Assembly (NCBI GenBank): GCA_009914755.4
Contig: CP086569.2
Location: 9,824,001 to 9,888,000, forward strand
Reading direction: 5' to 3'
DNA: 64,000 nt
Source: the human T2T-CHM13v2.0 reference genome, Homo sapiens
In this document: one piece after another, positions 1 through 12,279 of the stretch
How the letters are laid out: each line of letters begins with the position of its first letter
Numbering within the stretch: position 1 is the first letter of the stretch
Notes under the pieces: generated by a model
The model's database searches: none
Seen by the model: only the letters and a program-made list of their open reading frames with translations
Told to the model about the DNA's origin: nothing
Translations under genes and position numbers: made by a program

Positions 1-250
1 GGCTCCTGTTGTTTTTCCTAAGCTCTAGTCTCTGCTTTTCTGCCAGTGCTATTGTATTTTGGTACAAAAAGTTTTGTAGTAGTATATCATGAAGTTAGGT
101 AGTGGGGTGGCTCCAGCTTTGTGCTTTTTACTGGATTGCTCTGGGTTTTCAGGATCTTCTGCCATTTCATAGCAAATTTGGGATTCCCAGATTGTTTTTC
201 TAAGAAGAATGTGTCATTGATATTTTTACAGGGGTTGTATAGAATCTGAG
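1..250 (-). mobile_element. Tail of the same old L1 fragment, carried over from the preceding (off-window) unit
   Basis: Reads as antisense L1 ORF2 sequence, as in the 18950..20316 entry. Confidence 0.5.
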
Positions 251-340
251 GATGACTCAGGTAGTAGTGATGTCAATGCCGTTTAGACAATGTGCGTGTT
301 TGTGTGCACAAGCTCAGGGCCAAGAGACACTGGGTGTCCT

Positions 341-1740
341 CACCAATACTGAGGTGGGCCTTAATATCCAGCCAGATTGCCTTCTGGAAACACACGGAAT
401 GTCCTGTTCTGTTTTGCCATCTCTTCACATTTCCTCCCCTGTGAGCCCTGTGTGGTCCTCCAGATTCCCTGTGCGGTGGCCTGCCTTTTTTGGGGTGGGG
501 AGTTGCTGGGTGAATGAGGATGGCGGAGGGAACCAAGTATGTCAGTGGAGCGTGGTGTCATCCAAACGGTACTTAGCAGGCCTGGGAGAGTCATTCTGGG
601 AGGACGCAGACCTAGAGAGGCCTCAGGTGGGCATCTGTGTGGAGGGTGAGAGATCCCTGGTTGAGCCCAAACTGAACCCCAGGTAGAAGCAAGCCTCAGG
701 ACAGGGAAGTAGCTAGCAAGGGATGATGAGGGAGCTATCTCTTGACCCTGGCTTCCCACCCATTGACCTTAGCTACTTGTGCCTATTAAGCAGATTACGG
801 TTCCCCCATCGTGAAATGTGGGTACCACAGTTCCCTGATGGGCATTTCTCCACCAGCCCATGATGGCCTGAGTTTCCTTACTGCAGTCTCCTCCCTGAGC
901 CTTGGCTTCTCTATGTGTGTCCTAACTCCAGGACCCACAGGCCTGTCAACCCCCAGCCCTGGGCTGCTTCCCTGGCCTCTTCTCTGTTCCCTCTCTGAGG
1001 GCCTAACTCCCTTGGGTAGTGCTGCAGAATATAGAGCCACAGGCCCTGGCTGATGATCTGGTGGACTGGGCAAATTGGTCGTGACAGGTCAGGTTCTGGT
1101 TCAAAGCCAATTCCTCCGATGCCAAGGAATGTCGAAGAAGGTCCTTTGCCATGATGCCCCATAGCTGCCCCACCTCAGCAATCGTGCCGTAACCTGGGCC
1201 CTCACAGTCAGACAACCAGCTGAAGAAGCTCAGGCAGTGACCTGCGGGAAACTCGGGCTTTCACCTGCATGACCCTAGAACCACTGGACTGCAGTGGAGC
1301 CAGTCGCCCTGTATCCTGGAGGGAGACGAGTCAGGAAGGCGCACGCCAGGCCCAGCTCCCGAGGTACTACCCCCTCTACTCCTCAGGGAGGATGCCAACG
1401 CAATACTCCTTAGTCGTCACTTTGTTTCCGAAGTAAATGTTGTGATGAAAGGCAAACTTCTTCCTACCCCTTGTATTCAGGGTGGCCGAGTTCCTCCACC
1501 TGCCTGTCCAAGAAGGAGAAACAGGGCTGTGAAGGGGCAATTTCATCTAGGTGGGCTGAGGTGGCATTCTAGCCGGGGTGAAGCATGCGTTTCCCCTTCC
1601 CAGCTTTCCCGCTGAGACACACCTGAGCCCCAGAAGGACCTCAACCTGACCAGGACCTTAGCACCCTCCCCCAGACCCAGGCTTTCCATCCTGACCTGCA
1701 AATCCAACATGCAGCTTTGAAGGACTTTCTCATGGTTTCT
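341..1740 (-). pseudogene. Second inverted TSPY-like fragment. It has exon-2-like (~1700-1740), exon-3-like (~1385..1497), exon-4-like (~1180..1325) and exon-5-like (~960..1050) segments, with introns retained.
   Basis: Minus strand reads 'ctccag|gatacagggcgactggctccactgcagtccagtggttct...cttcttcagctggttgtctgactgtgag...acgattgctgag|gtgggg', against TSPY exon 4 'ctctgtag|aatacagggcttctcattccactccaattgagtggtatc...cttcttcaactggttctctgaccacaac...aagattgctgag|gtgagt'. The peptide KFAFHHNIYFGNKVTTKEYCVGILPEE matches [24 protein letters not shown]. It is also ~78% identical to 8709..10190. Confidence 0.6.
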
Positions 1741-3789
1741 GAGCTCCTTGCTCTCACCAGAAAGAATCAGAACTTTTAAAGTGTTCTTTATGCCAACTTA
1801 AATTTTTCATTTTTACTACCTCATGTTTTGGATGAGGCATGTATTTTTAAATTTATTTTCACCCTTATTGTACCTCTATGATAAACTGCTTGCTTACATT
1901 CATACCGTAATTATCTCTCAGGTTACTTGTCTGTTCCTAAAGATTCACTGAAACGAAGAATTCTATATATGCTTGTATCTTTCAGCAACCGTATGTCAGA
2001 TAGCACTGCACATTACTGCAGACATCGCATATACAGGTCCAAAGGTAGAGGAAGAAGAAGAAAGCAAGCGTTAAGCTCTATACATTCCTAAAAGCATATC
2101 AGAAACTCACAAATAACAGTGAAATCAAAGAATGATCACAGCCAATTCCATTACATACCTAGACTGAAATACGAAACTTCAAAGAAAAGAAACATTAGAA
2201 CTTTGGGTTTGTAAAAATTTTCCTATATAGATAAAATTATTGGTAACTGTGTCTCACTAGAAAACGTAAACAAAAGTCCATGTTTTTCATATTTGTAAAT
2301 ATACATAGTTTTATTTCCATCAGTTATGACATGCAAGCAAGTAATAAAGTAAAAGTACAATCAAATGATATATGGAACTTCCTCAGTCTTAAAATATTCC
2401 ATGGAGACTATCAATTTTATGAAAACTATAAAGAATGCTTCATGAAACTACATTGTACAGTGCCATTTACTATTTTACTGACATTTTAAATAATCAACAA
2501 TTAAAGGGAATACATCAACATTATTTAATACCAATAACGTTATTTTTCTTGAGTAATCCTGTTGAAATTAAGGATTTTAAATAAAACATTAAAAACAAAT
2601 TATATTGACTGATTTCAGCTTTGGATGAAATCATACTTGTGTATTTGTAGTAATGCGAAGCATAACTTTCTCCTCACAATTAATCTTTTATAACATCGGT
2701 GTTATAGTTTTCTCTGACACCAACATTGTGATATCGCACAGGTTTACTGCATGCATGCATTACATGCCTCCAGAGAGTAGGCTTCAAATATATGGAAAAA
2801 TTATATTTATGAAAAAATTCTAGGAAAGGGAATGGTGAAATGGAAGAGAATTTCTCACTTGCTAACTGTTGGACATGGATTTGTATATATTTGGATATAG
2901 ACACATACTGGCACACTGTGAGTTTGCCCATGTATATATACACTTATATGAGAAACCCATAATATATGGGTTGTGTAATCTTTTAATTAATCCATAATTG
3001 TATGTGTGTGAAATTAGATAAGCGGTTACCTTTTCTTTAATCAATTTGATGGAAAGCCAAAAAAATCTGTCCACCTTCATTTCAATTAATCCAATACTGT
3101 TAACTGCTGGTAGCTTCATTCTCCTTGTTCTCTTACGGCAACCGGAAAGTTAATTCTCGCTCTAATTTGGCTTTCAAGGTGCGATCAACAAGAGTGTCAC
3201 CTTGCTGTGGATTGTGACCTCTGACTCCACCTCTGTCTTCCTTTTGCAGTCCTACCTTTGCATAGGTAACAAACTTTGTACATGGTTAAAAGGATAAAAG
3301 TTCAGTGAAATGTCAAGCCATGCTGTGAAATGTTCCATAGTTTCTATATCTCTAATTGTCCTTTGATGTTATAGAGGCAAGAAAAATAATTCAATGTTTT
3401 TCTTAGTATCTAGTCCAATGCACTCTTTCTTCATAATACTGCAAACAAGGCACTGACATGGAAACGTGGCTGGACGTCTCAAAATCTCTTCTCATTAATT
3501 ACCATTATGTTAATCACTGTTGCCCACAACTGGAATTGGACTTTGAAATCCCCTGGTGGAAATTGCTATAATGGCTCAAACTACTGGAAAGACTATCTTT
3601 TTTTACCTGAAAATATCTGATGAGCATAGACGTATGCTATATACAGGAAGATATTGTACATTAACAACATACCATCACTGCCACTCAATAATAGGTATCC
3701 CAAACCTTTGAGCCAAACTGAGCTCAGGTGCTCCCACAAACCAAGCTTTTCCCTCCACAGATTTCTTATGTCAAAAAGCCACAACTCCA

Positions 3790-4095
3790 GGCCAGGCTTC
3801 GTGGCTCTTGTTGTAATTTCTACATTTTGGGAGGCCGAGGTTGGTGGGTCACTTGAGGTCAGGAGTTGGAGACCAGCATGGGCAACATGGCAAAAAGCTG
3901 TCTCTACCAAAAATACAAAAATTAGCCAGACCTAGTGGCACTTTCCTGTGGTCCCAGCTACTTGGGAGGCTGAGGTAGGAGAACCACCTGAACATGGGTG
4001 GCAGAGATTGTATAGTAAGCCAAGATCAGACTACTGCACTCCAGCCTGGATGACACAGCGAGACCAGGACTGAAAAAAGAAAAAAAAAAATAAAG
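3790..4095 (+). mobile_element. Alu (full length, A-rich tail)
   Basis: Starts 'ggccaggcttcgtggctc', runs through '...tgcactccagcctggatgacacagcgagacc', and ends in a poly-A tail. Confidence 0.85.
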
Positions 4096-4138
4096 GCAAC
4101 TCCACTCGTCCACTGGCTTAGGTAAAAAATACTGGAGT

Positions 4139-4446
4139 TGGCTGGGCTCGGTGGCTCACACCTGTATTCCCAGCACTTTGGATTTTGGGAAGCTGAGTCG
4201 GGCGGGTCACCTGAGATCTGTAGTAGGAGAGCAGCCTGGCCAACATGGTGAAGCCTGGCTTCTACTAAAAATACAAAACATTAGCTGAGCGTGGTGATGC
4301 ATGCTTGTAATCCCAGCTACTGCAGAGGCTGAACCTGGGAGGCGGAGGATGTGTTGAGCTGAGATCCTGCCACTGCGCTCCAGCCTGGTCTACAGAGCGA
4401 GAGTACCCTGTGAGAAACAAAGGTGAAGAGAACAAGAAAAAAAAAT
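4139..4446 (+). mobile_element. Alu (second of a tandem pair)
   Basis: Starts 'ggctgggctcggtggctcacacctgtattcccagcactttgg' and ends '...tccagcctggtctacagagcgagag'. Confidence 0.85.
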
Positions 4447-4534
4447 GAGAAAAATAAGACCCACTGCAAAAGGTTGCCACAGAAAAGATTAAACATTTCA
4501 GCGACTTCTATCTTCTATCATGGAAGCCAAGGTT

Positions 4535-4917
4535 ATTTGGACCAAACCTCCTGTCTTAGTTCATTTTCACGCTGCTGAAGAAGACATACCTGAAACTGGG
4601 AATAAAAGGAGGTTTAATTGGACTGACAGTTCCACATGGCTGTGGAGGCCTCAGAATCATGGTATACGAATAAAGGCACTTCTTACATGGCAATGCCAAG
4701 AGAGAATGAGGAAGAACCTGAGGCAGAAACCCCTGAAAAACCCATCAGATCCCGTGAGACTTCTTCACTGTCACAAGAATAGCATGAGAAAGACCGACCC
4801 CCATGATTCAATTACCTCCCCCTGGGTCCCACCCGCAACACGAGGGAATTCTGGGAGATACAATTGAAGCTGAGATTTGAATGGAGACACACCAAACCAT
4901 GTCACTTCCCAAACAAT
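4535..4917 (-). mobile_element. MaLR LTR (THE1/MST family) solo LTR
   Basis: Its reverse complement begins 'tgacatggtttggtgtgtctccattcaaatctcagcttcaattgtatctcccagaattccc...ggaggtaattgaatcatgg', matching the THE1 consensus 5' end (TGATATGGTTTGGCTGTGTCCCCACCCAAATCTCATCTTGAATTGTAGCTCCCATAATTCCCACGTGTTGTGGGAGGGACCCAGTGGGAGGTAATTGAATCATGG). Confidence 0.65.
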
Positions 4918-6361
4918 TAAAAATTCCCAATAGAAGAAGCATTAATTATATCAAAAAGTGGTGGACCAAGAAGGAACTATTAGCCTCATATCTCAAGAAA
5001 GACTCCAGTCAAGGCCTAGGGACTACTCATGAAAAGAGTTTAATAGCCGACTCTCTCCCAGTGGATCTGGATTCCACCGGACTGTATCTTCACAGTAAGG
5101 GTGAAACAGAAGCAAACCCATTCCTATTTCCAAGCTCAAGGAACTTTGGTCAAAGTTCTCTTGGAGCTGAGCAGAACAAGGAGGCAAACAGAAAAGATTT
5201 GTGTCCCTGAGAAGTCATGGCCACAGGCTGGCTATCACACAGATTGTCAAGCCAGTTCCATATTGCATGGGTATTACAGAAAATCTCAAAACATAAATTT
5301 GTGTGTGGGTTGTCCCAGAGTAGCAGGATCTGGCAGAAGGAAATTTCCTTCTAACCCTCAAAGAATCCACATAAATCTTGTTACATCTGGGATTTTACGA
5401 TTTGCTTCAGGAATGAGAATGGCCTTAATTTTCATATCTTTTTCTACACTCAGTTTATGGCTTGTTGGCGTCAAAGTTCTGCTTGCTTCACACAATGAGT
5501 TTAGGATTTTCCCTTTTTTATTCTATAGAATTCTTCATATATATTGAAATGCTCTGCCTGGGGAAAAAAATCTGAGCCTAGCGTTTTATCTCTAGGAAGA
5601 ATCCTTTATTTCCTTGAACATTTATGAGACTATACAGATTATATATGTCTTCTTGTATCAATTTTACTAAGCTATATACATAGCTTATGTTTATATATTA
5701 TATATATAAATGTAAGATACAAATATAAAAATTATGTATAAATATGAAAATATATATAGAAAGCGATATATATGTCTATATATATAGACAGATTATAAAT
5801 ATCTGTCTATTTGATCTAAGTTTTCAAATTTGTAGGTTAAGGTGTTAATGATATTTCCTTATTAGCTTCTTAATCTATGCTGTATCTATGGTTGTGTACC
5901 TTTTAAATTCTTAGTTTTATCTATGTTTTCTCCCTTTTTTTCTAAACTTGACTGACGGTTGCATCATTTATTATATTTCTCCAACAAGCAAAGGTTAGCT
6001 TTGTATGTTTTACTAATTTTGTCTACATCATTATTCCCACACTTTAGTTTTTCAGAATTGATTCTGTTGTTTCTTTTCTAATTCTTTATTGAAATATCTA
6101 GTACATTAATTTTCAAGTTATTAGAGAAATATTTGTCTGTAAACTCCTATTGTAATATCACTTTTCTTGCTACTCACAGATTTAATCTTTAATATTGGCG
6201 GTATCATTGAGTTCTAAGTACATTTCAATTCCTAGTATGATAATCTATGAATTGCTGAGAAATAGTGTTTACAATTTTGTTGTTCTATTTCCACTTAAGT
6301 TTATTTTTACTTCTGCTAACTCAATTGAAAATTCTTTACTAATTTTTAAAATCCTTGAACC

Positions 6362-6475
6362 CAAGAGATGGAGGTTGCAGTGAGCTGAGATCAGGCCACT
6401 GCATTCCAGACTGAGTGACAGAGTGGAACGAGATTTCAAAACCAAACAAAACAAAACAAAACAAAACAAAACAGT
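6362..6475 (+). mobile_element. Alu 3'-terminal fragment followed by (CAAAA)n. The truncated unit 3 diverges from the array exactly at the start of this fragment.
   Basis: Reads 'gaacccaagagatggaggttgcagtgagctgagatcaggccactgcattccagactgagtgacagag' and then (caaaa)n. Confidence 0.75.
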
Positions 6476-8012
6476 CACTGGAAAGATAATAAAATACATA
6501 AATGTGGGATGTAATATGTAATCGTGATAAAATAAACTGGATTTTTTGTATAAGTTATACATATAAATGTAATGCCAAGACACTGATAAGACAACTCATG
6601 GTCTTATCTCAATACTTAGTGTCTTCATGTAACATATGTCCTTTAGGATAGTTATAGTCCGTTTTCTTTCCAGGAGAGACAGATGAGAATGCAGAAATGT
6701 TAAAGTGCAAGGGACGGAAGCTTCCAGCTGTGCCCACCTGTAACCTGACGTAGACAGTTCCACCGTTTGCTTCATTAAACATGCCAAAGGCTCTAATGCA
6801 AATGTGGTACAGAGTCACATGTTTTTGTATCTACATGATAGAAACTATAACTTCATCCCTATATAGAAGGGTATATAGCATATGCCTCAGTGATAAATAT
6901 AAGTGAATCATTGATCAGTAGGAAACCATTTTAAAAGTCTTTCATAACAGAACAAAATCCCTGAAAACATTTTCTTCTCAATCTCTGAGTTTTCTTACAC
7001 GGCTTATGAATCTCTAGCCATACTAAAGAGATAGTATGCTGCTCTTCCCACAAATTATTCATTGTATATAATTCCTGTAATCTAATAACAGTACCTTTAC
7101 ACCTCAGGGTTTAAAATGACTCCAACCTTTTTCTGTTTCTGCAATTAAAATAACTTTTTTAAGGTTTAATCTTCAGTAATTTTTTGTAATATTTTTGAAG
7201 GTATTTGACCAGGATGATTTGCTTATATACCTACCTGACGTCTCCCTTTCTTCTGAATACATATTTTATTACCCACCTATTAGATCTAAGTTTAAGAAGT
7301 TGGAATAGGGATTTAAATCTAAATTCTACATTTGAATTTACAGGAGTCAGCGAGTCCAGGAAGTGCCTTTATGCACAGACCAATATCTGGCAATGGCACT
7401 AGGAGACAAATAAGCTTTACCAGTCTCAAAGCCCTGGCTACTACAGTGAATCCACCCTTCTCCTGGATCTTATCTACTTCAGCAAAAGAAGGCCACCCAC
7501 TAAACCAGGCCCTTGTACTTTGGGTGGAAACTCCTAAGTCCTCTAGTCTCCTCAAACAGACAGCCAGGCTGCCAATTTCCACAATAATAATTTCTATAGC
7601 ACTGAGTCTTTGGTAGCCTTGTAACTGTAGCTACTGATGCTACAGTCTGGTCCCTGTATGATAAAACACCAGAGCAACAGAAACAAAAATATTGACTGAA
7701 GCCTTCTAAAATCTCTCTAAATATACCTTCAATAAATATGGTTTTTTTTACAGAACGACTGCTTTCAGCTTCCTGAACTAACGCTTGGCCTTCGCTAGTT
7801 GTCACTGTTGAAATTGATTCAAAAGTGTACATTTAACATGAAAGTCAACACAGAATTTCATGTGTCAGCAACTAAAATTTTCAAAATGTTGCAAAATACA
7901 AATGTGAAACTGTATTTGTGAAATTTACCATTCATTGAAATTATATTTTCATACCTACCCAGGCACAGAATTTTTTATAACTGTCTGCATGTTCTCCTCA
8001 TGTGGGGGAAAA

Positions 8013-8128
8013 ACAGCATCAGCAGGCAGAGGAATCCTTTGAAGCTGGAGGGAGAGGTTGCAGTGATCTGAGAGTTTGCCACTTGACTGCAGCCTGGATG
8101 ACACAGTGAGACTCCAACTGAAAAGAAA

Positions 8129-8166
<38 letters not shown>
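8013..8166 (+). mobile_element. Alu 3' half (its 5' half is removed by a ~380-bp deletion relative to unit 2) followed by (CA)n
   Basis: Reads 'caggcagaggaatcctttgaagctggagggagaggttgcagtga...cagcctggatgacacagtgagactcc' and then (ca)18. Confidence 0.7.
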
Positions 8167-8169
<3 letters not shown>

Positions 8170-8708
8170 CCAAAATTGATAAGTAAAAAAAAATCCGTAT
8201 TCGAAAACATGCTCACAGGCTAACTCCCATATCTAACACACACACACACACACACACTCACACACAATTCCTTGAAAACGAAAGTTCCACAAGGGCGAAA
8301 CAAGAAAACAAATTTAACACCCCCCAAAGAAAGTACAAAGAGTAACCTCAAAAGAACCGCAGGGGAAAACAATTCAAAATTTACAACTATCTACCCTAAA
8401 AGAAGCTGAAAGTCCCTCAAAAACTTTCCAGAGGCCATGTCCTTGTATTACAAAAATGATCATAAAAACTGGCAGGAGTAGACGAATAGAAATGCATCTT
8501 AAAACTTGCTAAACCCTTCAAGTCTCCCATAAGAATTGTAATGGAAAATGGATCGGTCGGCAGCTTTTTCCATACAATTATGAACAAATTATATTTCTTC
8601 ATACATAGATTTGTTTTTTCAATATTCTAAGGAATTAACTTTTATATTAATAGTAGGTGATGTAAGAAAGCAGGCCTTTATCAAGATAACTGACACTGGA
8701 TGTCCATA

Positions 8709-11700
8709 CCATTACTCAGGTGGGCCTTAATTCCCAGCCGGGTTCCCTCCCTGGACACACACTGAAGGTCCCCAGCCATTTGGCAATCTCTTCACATTCC
8801 CAGCCCTGGAGGTAGCCCTAAAATACATGTACCTGAAGAAAATAAAACATTGCCTCACACTGGAGCCCAGTGTGGTCCTCCAGATTCCGTGTGAGGTGGA
8901 CTAACTTATATGGGAAGGCAGGGCAGCGGGAGTGAGGATGGCAGAGAGGATTACACATGTCAAGGCAGCCGGGGTCATGGAAACAAAACATGACTGGCCT
9001 GGGAGAAACACTGTGAAAGGACACAGACCTAGGTGGGCCTCAGGTGGACATCCTCGTGGAGAAAAAGGGGGCCCTGGTTGATCTCAAAATGAGCCCCAGG
9101 TGGTAGCAGGTCTTACCGCAGGGCAGGGAGCTGGCGAGTAATGATGAGACAGCTATCCCTTAAGCCCTGCTTGTCACCCACTGACTTTAGCCACATATGC
9201 ATCATAGTGGCTTAAGGTGCCCCGATCCTGAAATGTGGGTGTTACATGTCCCTGATGGGCCTCTCTCCCCCAACCCACGGATTGCCTGGGATTGCTCACT
9301 GCAGTCTCCTCCCGGATCCTTGGGTTCTCCATGTGGGGCCCAGATCCAGGTCAAAAGGCCTCTCAGTTCCCAGCCCTTCCCAGCCCTAGGCTGCTCGCCT
9401 GGCCTCCTCTCTGTTCCGCCTCTAGGGCTGACCCTCTCTCCATGGGATAGAACTGCAATGGATTGAGCCATAGGCCCTGGCTGATGATCTAGGGGACTGC
9501 AGAAGTGGGTCCAGGACAGTTCAGGTGACAGTTCAAAGCCAATTCCCCAGAGACCAAGGAATGACCAGCTAGGTCCTTTCCCATGATGCCCCACGGCGAA
9601 CCCCACCTCAGCAATCCTGCCAAAACCCGGGCAGTCATGTTCAGCCAAACAGCTGAATGAGCTCAGGTAGGAGGTGTACTGCCTGCAGCTGGAGGCTTGA
9701 CCTTCGTGATCCCAGAACCGCTGGACTGCAGTGGAATGAGACACCCTGTAGCCTGCAGGGAGAGGAGTCAGGAAGGTTCATGCCAGTCCCACCCTCCCAC
9801 ACACCAGCTCCCCTACCATGCTGGGAGGCATTCCTTACCGAGGATGCCAACACAGTGCTCCTTCATGATGATTTCACTGTGGAAATAAAGGTTGGGATGA
9901 AAGGAAATCATCCTGCCACCGGTAACCGGGATGGCTGAGTTCCTCCACCTGCCGGATCAAGGAGAAAGAGGATGGATTCAATGGGACCATCTCAACTAGC
10001 CGGGCTGAGGTGGCCTACTAGCTGTAGTGAACCATGAGTTTCCCCTTCCCAGCTCTCCCACTGAGACAACCCTGGTCCCCAGGGGGACCTCAAACTGACT
10101 CAGACACTGGACTCCTCCCACAGACCCAGGCTCCCCAGCCTGACCTGCAAATCCATCACGTAGCAAAGCAGGACTTCCGCATGCTTTCCGACCCACGCCG
10201 ACATCTCGTGTGCCAAACAATCTACCTCTGCGCAAGAACTCTCCAGAGGATTGGGTGGGCAAGCCTCGTGACGCCTTGCAATTTCGCAAGAACACAGACA
10301 ATGTGGAACAGGGCCATCTCCCAGACATTTGGCCAGTCACCCTTCATTGTTGGCCCTCTATCTCTGTCTGGCGAGGAGGCAACGCCACAACTGTGGTGGT
10401 TTTTGGAGTGGGTGGACCCCGGCCAAGACGGCCTGGGCTGACCAGAGACGGGAGGCAGAAAAAGTGGGCAGGTGGTTGCAGCTGAGGGACGGGAGGGGCC
10501 GGGGGTGGTGTGAGGCGGCTGCTTCTCTGAGTTTCTGAGATGCAGGAGGCCTTTGTGTGCTGGGTGCTGGACATGCTCCGCTGATGTCCGGGTGTGTGGT
10601 GTCCTCTTATCCTAGTCTCCCTGAGGGGTGGGCCTGTCCACCTGAGGGAAGCCTTGTAGTTAGAAGCCACAGCAGGGTCGTGCCTGGCGCTCTCCAAGGG
10701 AATTGCGTGGGTCCAGAGGAAGTTATACAGGCTCAGGGCCTACACGCCTTTGAGTGCAGCGCCTGCAGTTGGATGAATGCGCATCTGCGGAGCTGGTGCC
10801 CGCCGTCAGGTGGTCGGCAGCCCCATGCGCCGCGAACCCGTCTTAAGCACCTTGCGTTTCTGGGGTGAGCCTGCTGGAAACAGGCACCGAGAGCAGGGGT
10901 GGTTCAATGGCTGGTAATGGCATACAGATTCCCCGTCCTCCAGGGACGTTCCCAGGGAAACGCGTCCTTCGAATTTGGGCTGTGCGCAAAGGGACCTTGG
11001 CGCCGCGATTCTCCCTTGTCAGTGCTGGCCCTGGCTCCCCTTCCCTACCACGTGCTCCCAGGGCTGCTACAAGCGAGCTGCCCTCACAGCTGCGGGAACG
11101 TGGCCTCGGCTCCCACGCTGTCCCCCATCCCCTGCCTCCTGGCTGACCCCACGTGCCTCCCACCTGGCTCCTCCCCGCAAACAGCCCCCATACCCCCCGA
11201 GGCCCGATGACTATCCCCTGCTGCCCGCCATCCCAAATCGGCAGCCGCAAGGATATGGCTCTGGCTCACAAGGCGGAGATGCTCTGTGGCCTGGGGCATT
11301 CACGGAGCCCAGCTCCAAGTGAAGGACCTCCAGCGAGTCCATTGACGGCCCCGGTGTGCTCGGTCCAGGGCCAGGCTGTGCCCGCTGGCCCTCCTTCTGC
11401 CACCCCACGTCGGGCTCCACCTCAACCACCACCTCCACCTCAGCCATGATGTCTTCCACCTTCAGCACCGCCTCCTCTTCCAAGGCCGCCTCCTTGCTCT
11501 GTACCCCGGCCGTCCTCTCCAGCATTGCCTCCAGCCTGAACACGGTTTTCTCCTGGGTGCTCCCACAGACCCTGGGCCTGCGCAGCCCAGCCCAGCCCAG
11601 CCCATGCCCCGCACCCGTAGGCTCTGGGGGCCCGCTCCCCAGCAGACCCGCTCCCTGCAAGACCCACGGGCGTCGCCCTGCTGTGAACCTGGTCCCACAC

Positions 11701-11975
11701 CTACGTGGACCCAGGTTTCCTGAGGAGCTCCGCTGGACCCGCAGATCCCGCACTGGCCAAAGGGCTCCGGTCCCCAGCAGGCTCAACTGCGCACAGGAGC
11801 TCGGGAGCCAGAGGCCCCGGCCCTGGGCTTGCAGAGCCCCACCAACAGGCACCGCAACCGCTGCTGCGGGTGCGGGAGCCTCTGGGTCGTCAAGGCAGCG
11901 CACAACAGCGTGCGCGCAGGCCGACAATGGCCACCCCTGGCGGCTGGCCTCTGGTGTGCCCAGGGCATAGGACAA
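8709..11975 (-). pseudogene. Inverted, diverged TSPY-like pseudogene lying head-to-head with the TSPY gene. It has an exon-1-like region at ~11200..11720, an exon-3-like region at ~9843..9953, an exon-4-like region at ~9608..9750 and an exon-5-like region at ~9380..9470.
   Basis: Minus-strand translation gives [44 protein letters not shown]...PGPGP...LEVLHLELGSVNA, against [48 protein letters not shown]...PGPGP...[12 protein letters not shown]. It also gives HSEIIMKEHCVGILGKE against [20 protein letters not shown]. Nucleotide identity is ~70-80% and the exon boundaries are conserved. Confidence 0.6.
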
Positions 11976-12279
11976 GAGGCCCTTTGGAATGCTCCTTGGA
12001 GTACAGCATCCTCAGGGAGGAAGCATGGTACTCGGAGCCTCTATTTGCCTCGACCTGTGAGAGTGTGTGCCGGGGCTCTGGCCTCTACAGCAGATCAATT
12101 CCACCTCAGCACCGGCAGGCGACTTTCCTCCCACGTGCCCGCCCCGATCACTTCCCCCAGGACACCCCTGCCGCCCTAGCCCCAGCAACCAGAGAGAGTT
12201 CTCTGCATCTGCTGTATTACCTCCGTACCATCTACCTGGCCTGCCTAACGAAGAGAGATGTTTCCTGTGTTCATGACAC

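Noticed and set aside
1003-1215. The conserved 70-aa minus-strand ORF (M.DC..PGYGTIAEVGQLWGIMAKDLLRHSLASEELALNQNL...), present in all three units, as an independent small protein gene
   Set aside because: It overlaps the exon-4/5-like part of the TSPY-like fragment (the IAE....KDL motif is TSPY 'KIAEILCKDLW'). Its conservation in unit 3 coincides with a gene-conversion-like high-identity patch. I cannot exclude that it corresponds to an annotated FAM197Y/CYorf-type transcript, but the sequence alone does not require a separate gene.
4520-5547. ORFs 4520..4867, 4881..5210 and 5101..5547 (conserved in all three units) as genes
   Set aside because: The first lies inside the THE1/MST LTR. The others lie in adjacent AT-rich, repeat-like sequence. 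They are conserved only because the whole unit is duplicated.
341-10190. The two ~1.4-kb direct repeats (341..1740 and 8709..10190) as LTRs of an endogenous retrovirus with a ~7-kb interior
   Set aside because: No TG...CA termini, primer-binding site or gag/pol-like interior are present, and the interior is AT-rich with Alus, an L1 fragment and THE1. The repeats align exon-by-exon with TSPY exons 2-5 on the minus strand. They are therefore diverged TSPY paralog fragments, not LTRs.
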